DNA of 33,199 nucleotides from Patescibacteria group bacterium (GCA_038078215.1 JBBUED010000033.1:6696-39894), one strand, 5' to 3'; positions 25,751-32,950 are shown, counted from the first letter of the stretch. The notes: generated from the letters alone by a model not told the origin. Translations and numbers: made by a program.

Positions 25751-25845
25751 CCTAAAAACCTACCCGCCCGCCATCGCAAGCATGAGTCTGCTTAGGCGTT
25801 GCGGGCGAGCAACCTAACACCTAAAACCTACCACCTACAACCTTC
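25751..25845. repeat. 7-bp-periodic CCTA array (5 units) interrupted by a GC-rich hairpin
   Basis: CCTA/CCTT start at 25813, 25820, 25827, 25834 and 25841, an exact period of 7. Further CCTA occur at 25751 and 25759. A GC hairpin pairs CGCCCGC (25765-25771) with GCGGGCG (25801-25807) and has an inner stem AAGCA/TGCTT. Confidence 0.75.
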
Positions 25846-25857
25846 TGCCGATTGGCA

Positions 25858-25885
25858 TTGCTTTTATTTGGATATAGTGTATACT
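25858..25885 (+). promoter_or_regulatory. Sigma-70-type promoter candidate for the RRM-protein gene
   Basis: TTGCTT (25858-25863), a 16-nt spacer, then TATACT (25880-25885). This implies a 5' UTR of about 125 nt. Confidence 0.45.
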
Positions 25886-26018
25886 GGCGGGGTCGGAGAT
25901 GTTCTCAAGGGTTTAAGTTTTTCTTAGCCGTATGGGAAAGGGGTCGTTCTCGATATGATAGGAAATGCGTTTAAACGCGCAAATCTTATAAAAGTTAAAA
26001 AAATAAATTAAGTTACAT

Positions 26019-26336
26019 ATGGCAAAGAAATTGTATGTCGGAAATTTGTCTTACGGAATGACTGATGACGGCTTGAAAGACGCTTTCTCGAAAGTGGGAG
26101 CGGTTGATTCAGCCAACATCATCACCGATAAGATGACCGGCAGATCCAGAGGTTTTGGTTTCGTCTCTATGCCGAACGATGATGAAGCGCTAAAAGCGAT
26201 TGATTCAATGAACGGCTTTGATCTTGACGGACGAAAACTCACTGTAAACGAAGCGAAGCCTATGGCAGAGAGACCTCCAAGAAGGGGAGGCTTTGACAGA
26301 GGCGGTAGCAGAGGCGGAGACAGAATGGGCTATTAA
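26019..26336 (+). CDS. RRM-type RNA-binding protein with an Arg/Gly-rich tail
   Basis: RNP2 is LYVGNL and RNP1 is RGFGFVSM. The C-terminal tail is RRGGFDRGGSRGGDR. Confidence 0.9.
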   Translation: MAKKLYVGNLSYGMTDDGLKDAFSKVGAVDSANIITDKMTGRSRGFGFVSMPNDDEALKAIDSMNGFDLDGRKLTVNEAKPMAERPPRRGGFDRGGSRGGDRMGY

Positions 26337-26364
26337 AAATAGTTTATTCGTCTGAAGTCTCAAA

Positions 26365-26401
26365 CAAAACCCCGACCGCAAGGTCGGGGTTTTGTTTTTT
26401 T
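26365..26401 (+). terminator. Intrinsic terminator
   Basis: A 13-bp stem CAAAACCCCGACC/GGTCGGGGTTTTG with a GCAA tetraloop is followed by TTTTTTT. Confidence 0.85.
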
Positions 26402-26425
26402 GATACAAACCTAAAACTTTAGCTA

Positions 26426-26640
26426 CTTTGAATTGCGAAACACCCAAAAATCATTTTCCCGTCTCTCTGTCATTCCCTTGAAAAAGAGAATCCAAACCCG
26501 CATTGGTTGAATCTGGATTCCCGCCTCCGCTTCATCATTATCGCTAGAGTGAAGATCATCTTTTGCAAAACATTGCGCAAGCGCGACTGGCGCGAGCATA
26601 GCAAATTTTCAGCAGAAAATTATGCGCGTTTTGCAAAAGA
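26426..26640. repeat. Mosaic palindromic region, copy D (left terminus only) plus further hairpin modules
   Basis: It starts with CTTTGAATTGCGAAAC (26426-26441), but no matching right terminus was found. A 28-nt module (26467-26494) matches copy E 29590-29617 in 27 of 28 positions. A separate 82-bp unit is bounded by a perfect 13-bp inverted repeat TCTTTTGCAAAAC/GTTTTGCAAAAGA (26559-26571 / 26628-26640). Confidence 0.7.
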
Positions 26641-26655
26641 TAATCTAAGCGGCTT

Positions 26656-28443
26656 TTATTTCCTCCCCGACTTTGACCTGTCGGTCTTTGTCAAAAGTTT
26701 TTTTCGGAGTCGTACGCTTTTTGGGGTTATTTCCAGATAATCATTATCGGTCATTATTTCCAAACCGCGTTCTATGTCAATCTCAAGCGCCGGAACGAGC
26801 CTTATGGCTTCATCGGAGCCGGAGGCGCGCATATTGGTCAGTTGTTTTCCTTTTGTCGGATTGACATCAAGGTCGTCGCCTTTGGTCACATTTCCGATAA
26901 CCATTCCTTCGTAAACCTCAACTCCGGGAGCGATGTATAAGACGCCTCGCTCTTGCAAATTCCAAAGAGCGAAAGCCAGAGTCTTGCCCGGCATCATTGA
27001 GACCATTGAACCGTATTCTTGTTTCTTTATTTCTCCGGCGTATTTCTTAAATCCTGTAACTCGGCTACATAATATTCCTTCGCCCCTAGTGTCTATTATA
27101 AATTGTCCGCGATATCCGAGAAGACCTCTCGTCGGAATTTCAAACATCAAGCGGACATTGCCGTCTTTCTGCTTCATATCCGTCATTATTCCTCGTCGTT
27201 TGTTTATTTTTTCAATGACGGTTCCGGACACTTCTTCGGGAACATCAATAGTCAATTCTTCAAACGGCTCCACTTTTTCACCATCAATTTCTTTGATGAT
27301 TACTTGTGGTTGAGAGACTTGAAGCTCGTAGCCTTCTCGTCTCATATTTTCAAGGAGTATGGCGATGTGAAGCTCGCCTCGGCCGTAAACTTTAAGCGCG
27401 TCGCCTGAATCAAAATCCACCTTTAGCCCGACATTTATTTCCACTTCTTTCTCCAATCGTTCTCTGATTTGTCGCCCCGTGACGAATTTGCCTTCTCTGC
27501 CGGCAAAAGGGGAGTCGTTGACGAGAAAATTGACGGATATCGTAGGTTCATCTATTTTAATTTCAGCGAGCGGTTCCTGATTTTCATTTTGCATAATAGT
27601 TTCTCCTATATATATGTCAGGCAAACCGGCGATCATCACAATATCTCCGCTTTCGGCTTCGGCGACCTCTTTCCTCTGAAGTCCTTCAAAAGTGAAAAGC
27701 TTGGTGATTTTCCCTTGTCTTGTTTCTCCATCAGGCTTTTTTACGAATACGGAACTTCCGGATTTTATCGTTCCTTCATAGACTCTGGCGATTGCCAGTC
27801 TGCCAAGAAAATTATCGTATCCCAAGTTAAACGGTTGGGCGCGGAAAGGCAGGTCAACGCCTTTTGACGCGGGTGGAACTTTTTCAACTATCATATCAAG
27901 AAGAGGGGTTAAATCTTTTGACTCATCGTTTAATTCTCGCTTGGCGATTCCTTGCCTGCCGATGGCGTAAATAACAGGGAAGTTCAACTGCTCGTCATTC
28001 GCGCCGAGCTCCATAAACAATTCCAGCACAAGCTCATGAACTTCAGCCGGTCTTGCCGCTGATTTATCAATTTTGTTGATTATAACAATCGGCTTTAAAC
28101 CAAGTTCCAAAGATTTCTTCAGCACGAATCTTGTTTGGGGCATAGGACCTTCTTGCGCGTCAACGACAAGAAGAACGGTATCGATTGAACGAAGCACTCG
28201 TTCCACTTCAGAACCAAAGTCGGCGTGTCCAGGCGTATCAACTATGTTAATTTTCCCGCCTTTGTAATAAATAGAAGTATTTTTGGCGTAAATAGTAATG
28301 CCGCGTTCTTTTTCCAAGGCGTTTGAATCCATACTGAATCCTTCGGCAAGACTGCCACCGCCGTTCTGTTTCATCAGAGCGTCGGTGAGCGTGGTTTTTC
28401 CGTGGTCCACATGGGCGATAATGGCTATGTTTCGTATTTCCAT
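26656..28443 (-). CDS. typA: Translational GTPase TypA/BipA
   Basis: G motifs are [17 protein letters not shown] and NKID. At 595 aa it shows end-to-end BipA-like organisation. Confidence 0.95.
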   Translation of the reverse strand: MEIRNIAIIAHVDHGKTTLTDALMKQNGGGSLAEGFSMDSNALEKERGITIYAKNTSIYYKGGKINIVDTPGHADFGSEVERVLRSIDTVLLVVDAQEGPMPQTRFVLKKSLELGLKPIVIINKIDKSAARPAEVHELVLELFMELGANDEQLNFPVIYAIGRQGIAKRELNDESKDLTPLLDMIVEKVPPASKGVDLPFRAQPFNLGYDNFLGRLAIARVYEGTIKSGSSVFVKKPDGETRQGKITKLFTFEGLQRKEVAEAESGDIVMIAGLPDIYIGETIMQNENQEPLAEIKIDEPTISVNFLVNDSPFAGREGKFVTGRQIRERLEKEVEINVGLKVDFDSGDALKVYGRGELHIAILLENMRREGYELQVSQPQVIIKEIDGEKVEPFEELTIDVPEEVSGTVIEKINKRRGIMTDMKQKDGNVRLMFEIPTRGLLGYRGQFIIDTRGEGILCSRVTGFKKYAGEIKKQEYGSMVSMMPGKTLAFALWNLQERGVLYIAPGVEVYEGMVIGNVTKGDDLDVNPTKGKQLTNMRASGSDEAIRLVPALEIDIERGLEIMTDNDYLEITPKSVRLRKKLLTKTDRSKSGRK

Positions 28444-28556
28444 AATATTTTAAACAAGCTCGCATTGTAATAGAAAAAAAAGATTTTGTCAAAAAATTTT
28501 TTCATTGCAATGAGGCGCGTTGTGTGATATTAGTTTACAAAGATAATTTATGACCT

Positions 28557-28595
28557 TAAATTACGAAACATACCGAGAAAGAGTTTCGTGATTTA
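28557..28595. repeat. Minimal palindromic element, copy F (termini only)
   Basis: TAAATTACGAAAC (28557-28569) pairs with GTTTCGTGATTTA (28583-28595) over 13 bp, with one T:G position (28562:28590). The loop is 13 nt. Confidence 0.7.
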
Positions 28596-28656
28596 CAGTT
28601 ATAAGATACTTTTTGTATTATTTTGACATTTTTAAAATAAGGAAAGGCGGTAGATT

Positions 28657-29502
28657 ATGAACGAAGGTGTTAGTATCGACAAAAACAAGAATCGTGTTTT
28701 AGGTATTTTAAAAACAGGTAGCCGAGTTTCTAATTGGATAGTCATTTCAGTTGGCGGTTCGTTAATTGTTCCAAATGACATAAATACAATTTTCATTTCT
28801 AATTTTAAGAAAGTTATTCTTAAACAGATTTCTTGCGGTAAACGGTTTATTATCGTCTGTGGAGGTGGCGCGATTGCTAGGGATTATCAGAACGCGCACA
28901 AAAGAATTATTAGGAAAGCTGATGATATTGTTCTTGATTGGATTGGAATAAATGCCACAAGATTTAACGCGGAATTTATGGCGAGTGTTTTTGGAGACAT
29001 GACATATGAGGGGATTATAAGTGATCCAAATGAAGGAATCATGACAAAAAAACCTATTGTTTTTGCCGCTGGGTGGAAGCCTGGATGCAGTACGGATTAT
29101 GTTTCCGTCCTTCTTGCAGAAAATGTAGGGGCGCAAAGAATAATCAATCTAACTAACACCGATGGCGTTTACAACACAGACCCCAATGTAAAAAATGGGA
29201 AAAAAGCAAAGATGTTCAGGAATATTTCATGGAATAATTATTTGGCGATGATTCCCAAGAAATGGACACCTGGACTTTCGTCGCCATTCGACCCAGTCGC
29301 TTCAAAGAAGGCAAAAAGGATAGGTCTTGAAGTTGTCGTTGTAAACGGAAACAATCTTATTAATTTAGAAACATGTCTCAGTTCTTGCGGTTTTAAGGGG
29401 ACAACAATCAATAATTTAGGCTATGTTCCCAATCTCTATCCGTATGTTTATAAAAGAAAAAATAGAAGAGCGCGCAAGGCTGGAGATTTAGATATTTACT
29501 AA
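28657..29502 (+). CDS. pyrH: UMP kinase, archaeal-type (amino-acid-kinase fold)
   Basis: ISVGGSLIVP, IVCGGGAIARDY and DWIGINATRFNAEF resemble archaeal-type uridylate kinases. There are N- and C-terminal extensions, the latter a basic tail (YKRKNRRARKAG). An SD-like AAGGAAAGG lies upstream. Confidence 0.7.
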   Translation: MNEGVSIDKNKNRVLGILKTGSRVSNWIVISVGGSLIVPNDINTIFISNFKKVILKQISCGKRFIIVCGGGAIARDYQNAHKRIIRKADDIVLDWIGINATRFNAEFMASVFGDMTYEGIISDPNEGIMTKKPIVFAAGWKPGCSTDYVSVLLAENVGAQRIINLTNTDGVYNTDPNVKNGKKAKMFRNISWNNYLAMIPKKWTPGLSSPFDPVASKKAKRIGLEVVVVNGNNLINLETCLSSCGFKGTTINNLGYVPNLYPYVYKRKNRRARKAGDLDIY

Positions 29503-29520
29503 TTGGCAGAATAACAAACA

Positions 29521-29563
29521 GGGCAGGCGCATCAATTAAAGATGCGTCTGCCCATATCTTTTT
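29521..29563 (+). terminator. Intrinsic terminator
   Basis: A 13-bp stem GGGCAGGCGCATC/GATGCGTCTGCCC (one G:T) with a 7-nt loop is followed by ATATCTTTTT. Confidence 0.75.
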
Positions 29564-29565
29564 GG

Positions 29566-29661
29566 CTTTGAATTGCGAAACTCTCTTTTCTGTCATTCCC
29601 TTGAAAAAGGGAATCCAGAAATAAAAGAAAATACAATTTGCGGGCGTTTCGTAATTCAAAG
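29566..29661. repeat. Palindromic intergenic element, copy E
   Basis: CTTTGAATTGCGAAAC (29566-29581) pairs with GTTTCGTAATTCAAAG (29646-29661), with one G:T position (29575:29652). The internal hairpin ATTCCC-N8-GGGAAT is at 29595-29614. The element ends 3 nt from the S8 peptidase stop codon. Confidence 0.85.
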
Positions 29662-29663
29662 AA

Positions 29664-31007
29664 TCAAAGACTGTCGGCGCGCATTACCGGTTCGGGGTGA
29701 AGTCCGGACGGGTCGGTGTGTTCCAAACCGATATTTTCGGCCAGCGCTTTCAGACCGTCTCTGACTTGATGCCACGCGGCGGAAGGATTATTTTTTATGT
29801 AAAGAGCCGCGGCGCCGGAGACATGAGGAGCGGCCATGCTTGTTCCGCTCAAGGTTGCGTAGCTTCCGCCTTTGTATGTTGAGTAAATGTCAACTCCCGG
29901 CGCCCCTAAATCAACCGCGCTTCCGTAATTGCTGAAAATCGCGAAAGTGTCGTCGGTTCCGTATGGAGTAGGAGACCCCAATCCGCCCGAAGCGCCGTCG
30001 GAATCAGCCAGGGCCGAAACGGTTATCACAGCGTCATCATAAGCGGCTGGCACGGAAAGGCTCACTGATTTATTTTCATTTCCCGCCGCAACGACATAAA
30101 TGATTCCCGCGTCTCTGGATTTGCAGATAGCCTTGTGTAAGGGGTCGTTATTCGAGTATCCGCAATTATTGTCGTTCGTTCCGGCTCCTCCCAAGCTCAT
30201 ATTGGCGACTTTTATATTATATTTGGAAGCATTGGCCGTCATCCAATCAATTCCGCATATTACCGAAGACCAAGTTCCGGAACCGTTTCGGTTCAAAACT
30301 TTCACTGCGACCAATTTCGCTTCCGGAGCCGCGCCGACGACTCCGATGCCGTTGTTAAGGGCGGCGATTGTTCCCGCCGCGTGCGTTCCGTGTCCATTGT
30401 CGTCATTGCCGTTTTTCACGCTTGAAAGACAATTTTTATTAGCGATAATGTTGGTTTTTAGATCAGGATGGGAAAGTTCAATTCCCGTGTCTATGACGGC
30501 TATCCCCACTCCAACGCCTTTATTAAAAAGATTTTCCGCGTTGACGCGGTCAATTCCGGTCGGAACGGTCTGCTGTGGCTGGGCTTTCGCCGAAGATTTT
30601 CCGGAAACTGACATTTTTTCCGAAGAATACTCATCTTCAAGCACGGAATAAGAAATATAAACCGCTCTATCTTCCGTCACGAAGTCAACTCTGGGGTCGT
30701 TCTTGATTTTTTCCAATTCAGCGTCATTCATCCTCGCCGCGAATCCTTTTATCGCGCGGTTATAAGTATGGATGCGTTCCAATTTGCGCGTTTTGGAAAT
30801 TTTGTCGGCCTCCGAATCGGCATCAGCCACTTTGTCTTTGAAGACGACTATGTATTGCCCGGGAATTTTATCAAGTCTGTCATCAGGGACTTTTGCTGAA
30901 GCTGTTTGAACCGCGCCTAATGCCGTTAACGCGATAATTCCCAAAAAGGAAGACGCAAAAACCATGAATTTCATTTTGTTTTTTTTCATTTGTTTAAATA
31001 TATTCAA
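29664..31007 (-). CDS. Secreted subtilisin-like serine peptidase (S8) with an I9-type propeptide
   Basis: A signal peptide precedes a propeptide region (YIVVFKD...IKGFAA). The catalytic triad contexts are VIDTGI (Asp), HGTHAAGT (His) and GTSMAAPHVSG (Ser). Confidence 0.92.
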   Translation of the reverse strand: MNIFKQMKKNKMKFMVFASSFLGIIALTALGAVQTASAKVPDDRLDKIPGQYIVVFKDKVADADSEADKISKTRKLERIHTYNRAIKGFAARMNDAELEKIKNDPRVDFVTEDRAVYISYSVLEDEYSSEKMSVSGKSSAKAQPQQTVPTGIDRVNAENLFNKGVGVGIAVIDTGIELSHPDLKTNIIANKNCLSSVKNGNDDNGHGTHAAGTIAALNNGIGVVGAAPEAKLVAVKVLNRNGSGTWSSVICGIDWMTANASKYNIKVANMSLGGAGTNDNNCGYSNNDPLHKAICKSRDAGIIYVVAAGNENKSVSLSVPAAYDDAVITVSALADSDGASGGLGSPTPYGTDDTFAIFSNYGSAVDLGAPGVDIYSTYKGGSYATLSGTSMAAPHVSGAAALYIKNNPSAAWHQVRDGLKALAENIGLEHTDPSGLHPEPVMRADSL

Positions 31008-31064
31008 TTTTTTTAATAATAATACTTTTACTTTGATTGAACAAGCCTTTGAAAAGCGCCTCGG

Positions 31065-32639
31065 CTAATACATCTCTTCTTTTTTTTCTTTCAGAAACGA
31101 GATGAATGAATCAAACACGCTTAGCATAACTTTGAATGGTGTTTCTATGATGAAGTCCATAATAAAAACCAATATATTGATGCCCTCAAATTTCTGGCTT
31201 AGCCATCTGCCGACTTCCACTATCGGCATGACTAAAATGTTGCCCAAGAAATGAAGGGTTTTTTCTTTGTCGGAGCTGACGGTCCAATTTTTCGAGATAT
31301 GTCTTATGCGGAGACCGAAATACATGACCAAGGTCAGGAAAAATACGAAAAGAAAGACGCTCATAAGATTAAAATTGAGTTTGCCAAGAATAAATAGAAT
31401 CGCTCCGAAACTCACCAGGAATATAAAACCGTATAAAATCAAAAAAATGAAGTAGAGAAAATTTTTATTCTTTCCGCCCCTGATTTGAATGGACGGCATC
31501 TCGCTCTCGTAAATGACGGTATTAAGGCCTGAAACAATAAGGTCCGTATTTTTTTCTCCCAGCGGTTTTATCGTGTAAGTGATGAAGAGAAGCAACAGGG
31601 GGTGGAAAGCCACATTCATTATGAGGGCCGGATAGTAAACTTTCCCCAATACCGCCAGGTCGTACGGCAGCTCCAAAATAAAAGCCAAAATGGTCTTGGT
31701 AAATAAAATATAAATTACGGCTCTAACGGCGCTCTTTTTAATCCGGCCGTTTTCCTTTTTGTATTTGCCTTCAAGAATGTTTCTCGTTTGCTTTTCCAGT
31801 GAGGCTGGATTGTCAAGAATTTGTTCCGAATCCGCGCCGTAACGGTCAACAATCTCTTTTATAATGCTGAAATATATGGCTTGATTTTTCAATCTTCTGG
31901 CAATTCTCCAGCTTAAATTGTCATTCAAGTTTTCGGCAATTTTGAGCTGGATTGCCCGGAAAGTTTTCGCGATTTCTTGAACTTCTGAAATGTCTTTGAT
32001 ATTAATCCAATCAGGCAACAATCTTAACCATAATCTATAGGCGATTGTCTGCTCGTCGGCTTTCAGAAAGCTCCTCAAACAGGCAATGAATATCTGGGTG
32101 TCTTTGTCGTCTTCGCTTATGGGAATCTGGGAAATTTTTGTGTTGTTTCTGGCGGTCTCATAGAAAGCGGTAAAGACGGATTCTTCAATTTTATTGCCGA
32201 ACAAATAAAATTCTATTTCGCTCGCCGCGAGTCCGGTTATTTTTTTATTGACTGTCAAATCTCCTTCCGCCGCGTAATTTAAAGAATTTTGAAGCGACAG
32301 AAATTTATCAATTATGCCTTGAACATGAGAAATTCTGCTTTCCAGAAAACTTCCGCTTTCAAGATAACCGCCTCTTATAAGCTCATGGATGAGAAGCTGG
32401 GCAACCTTTCCTTCGGTTTTGAAAAATAGGTTTCTTTTTAAAATTCTTTGGATAGCGTTTCGGCGGACGGTATGCTCTTCTTTGTAGTCAATCAGGTAAC
32501 GGATTTTTTCGTAAAACATCCCCGCTTTTTTGGCGAGCTCGTTCACTTTGATATAATATTCGTCTTTACTGGCGGCGCTGTCTGGGATTTTAGGCTGTTT
32601 CAAACTCGTCAGTAATTTGGCGATTTGCGGTGATACCAT
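31065..32639 (-). CDS. Hypothetical multi-pass membrane protein (soluble helical N-domain plus at least 5 TM helices)
   Basis: In this 524-aa ORF the first ~310 aa are hydrophilic and helical, and the C-terminal ~210 aa hold several long hydrophobic segments. It lies 57 nt upstream of the S8 peptidase gene on the same strand. No family confidently recognised. Confidence 0.7.
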   Translation of the reverse strand: MVSPQIAKLLTSLKQPKIPDSAASKDEYYIKVNELAKKAGMFYEKIRYLIDYKEEHTVRRNAIQRILKRNLFFKTEGKVAQLLIHELIRGGYLESGSFLESRISHVQGIIDKFLSLQNSLNYAAEGDLTVNKKITGLAASEIEFYLFGNKIEESVFTAFYETARNNTKISQIPISEDDKDTQIFIACLRSFLKADEQTIAYRLWLRLLPDWINIKDISEVQEIAKTFRAIQLKIAENLNDNLSWRIARRLKNQAIYFSIIKEIVDRYGADSEQILDNPASLEKQTRNILEGKYKKENGRIKKSAVRAVIYILFTKTILAFILELPYDLAVLGKVYYPALIMNVAFHPLLLLFITYTIKPLGEKNTDLIVSGLNTVIYESEMPSIQIRGGKNKNFLYFIFLILYGFIFLVSFGAILFILGKLNFNLMSVFLFVFFLTLVMYFGLRIRHISKNWTVSSDKEKTLHFLGNILVMPIVEVGRWLSQKFEGINILVFIMDFIIETPFKVMLSVFDSFISFLKEKKEEMY

Positions 32640-32690
32640 ATATTTATTGATTTAGTTATTTTAGCTTAAAATCAAGAATAAAGCCAACAC

Positions 32691-32724
32691 GGGATTAGGT
32701 TGTAGGTTGTAGGTGTTAGGGAGG
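32691..32724. repeat. 7-bp-periodic TAGG/CCTA array (4 units)
   Basis: In GGGATTAGGTTGTAGGTTGTAGGTGTTAGGGAGG, TAGG starts at 32696, 32703, 32710 and 32717. On the - strand it lies just upstream of the predicted promoter of the 524-aa gene. Confidence 0.75.
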
Positions 32725-32815
32725 AGAATAAAAGACAGCGCAAATTTATAATTTCTAATTGATCTAATTTCTAATAAAATCCCAATGTCTAATGAAAATT
32801 ATGACTCCGCCATCG

Positions 32816-32950
32816 TGGTGCCCAGGAGAGGAGTTTTGAAACTTACAGTTTCTGTACACCTTTTCTGTTTTATTTTCGCGCAGACGCTCAATAAAACTAT
32901 CAAAGGTCTTCAAATCCTCCCGCCCTGATGTTCTTCGGGGCTTCCTGGGC
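32816..32950 (-). other. 135-nt tRNA-like element with acceptor stem and encoded CCA but no cloverleaf (tRNA pseudogene or novel tRNA-like RNA)
   Basis: On the - strand, 5' GCCCAGG pairs with 3' CCTGGGC followed by ACCA. The last 10 nt are identical to the 3' end of the neighbouring tRNA-Leu. The interior folds as a rod with three hairpins instead of D, anticodon and T arms. Confidence 0.45.

Noticed and set aside
26507-26740. 77-aa + strand ORF.
   Set aside because: It is translated from the palindromic repeat mosaic (copy D modules) and runs into the 3' end of typA on the opposite strand. It is a repeat-derived artefact.
29595-29614. ATTCCC-N8-GGGAAT hairpin formally matches the formula of the neisserial dRS3 repeat.
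   Set aside because: A 6+6 palindrome is too short to infer homology. The organism context is unrelated, so I treat it as coincidence unless a search shows otherwise.
111-29661. Whether the repeated elements form a CRISPR array.
   Set aside because: The copies are dispersed over 29 kb in separate intergenic regions. They are palindromic with variable interiors, have no regular repeat-spacer periodicity, and no cas genes are present.
30100-30651. 183-aa + strand ORF.
   Set aside because: It is fully antisense to the S8 peptidase, whose catalytic triad motifs are intact. It has no SD and a Pro/Ala/Ser-rich shadow composition.
32691-32724. Telomere-like appearance of TTAGGTTGTAGGTTGTAGGTGTTAGGG.
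   Set aside because: These are short internal arrays (3-5 units) in a bacterial gene context, found at three internal loci next to promoters. Nothing suggests a replicon end.
32816-32950. Intron-containing or class II tRNA interpretation of the 135-nt element.
   Set aside because: I could not place a T arm before the acceptor 3' strand or a 3' partner for any anticodon stem. It is too short for a group I intron and there is no bulge-helix-bulge arrangement. It is reported instead as a tRNA-like element or pseudogene.
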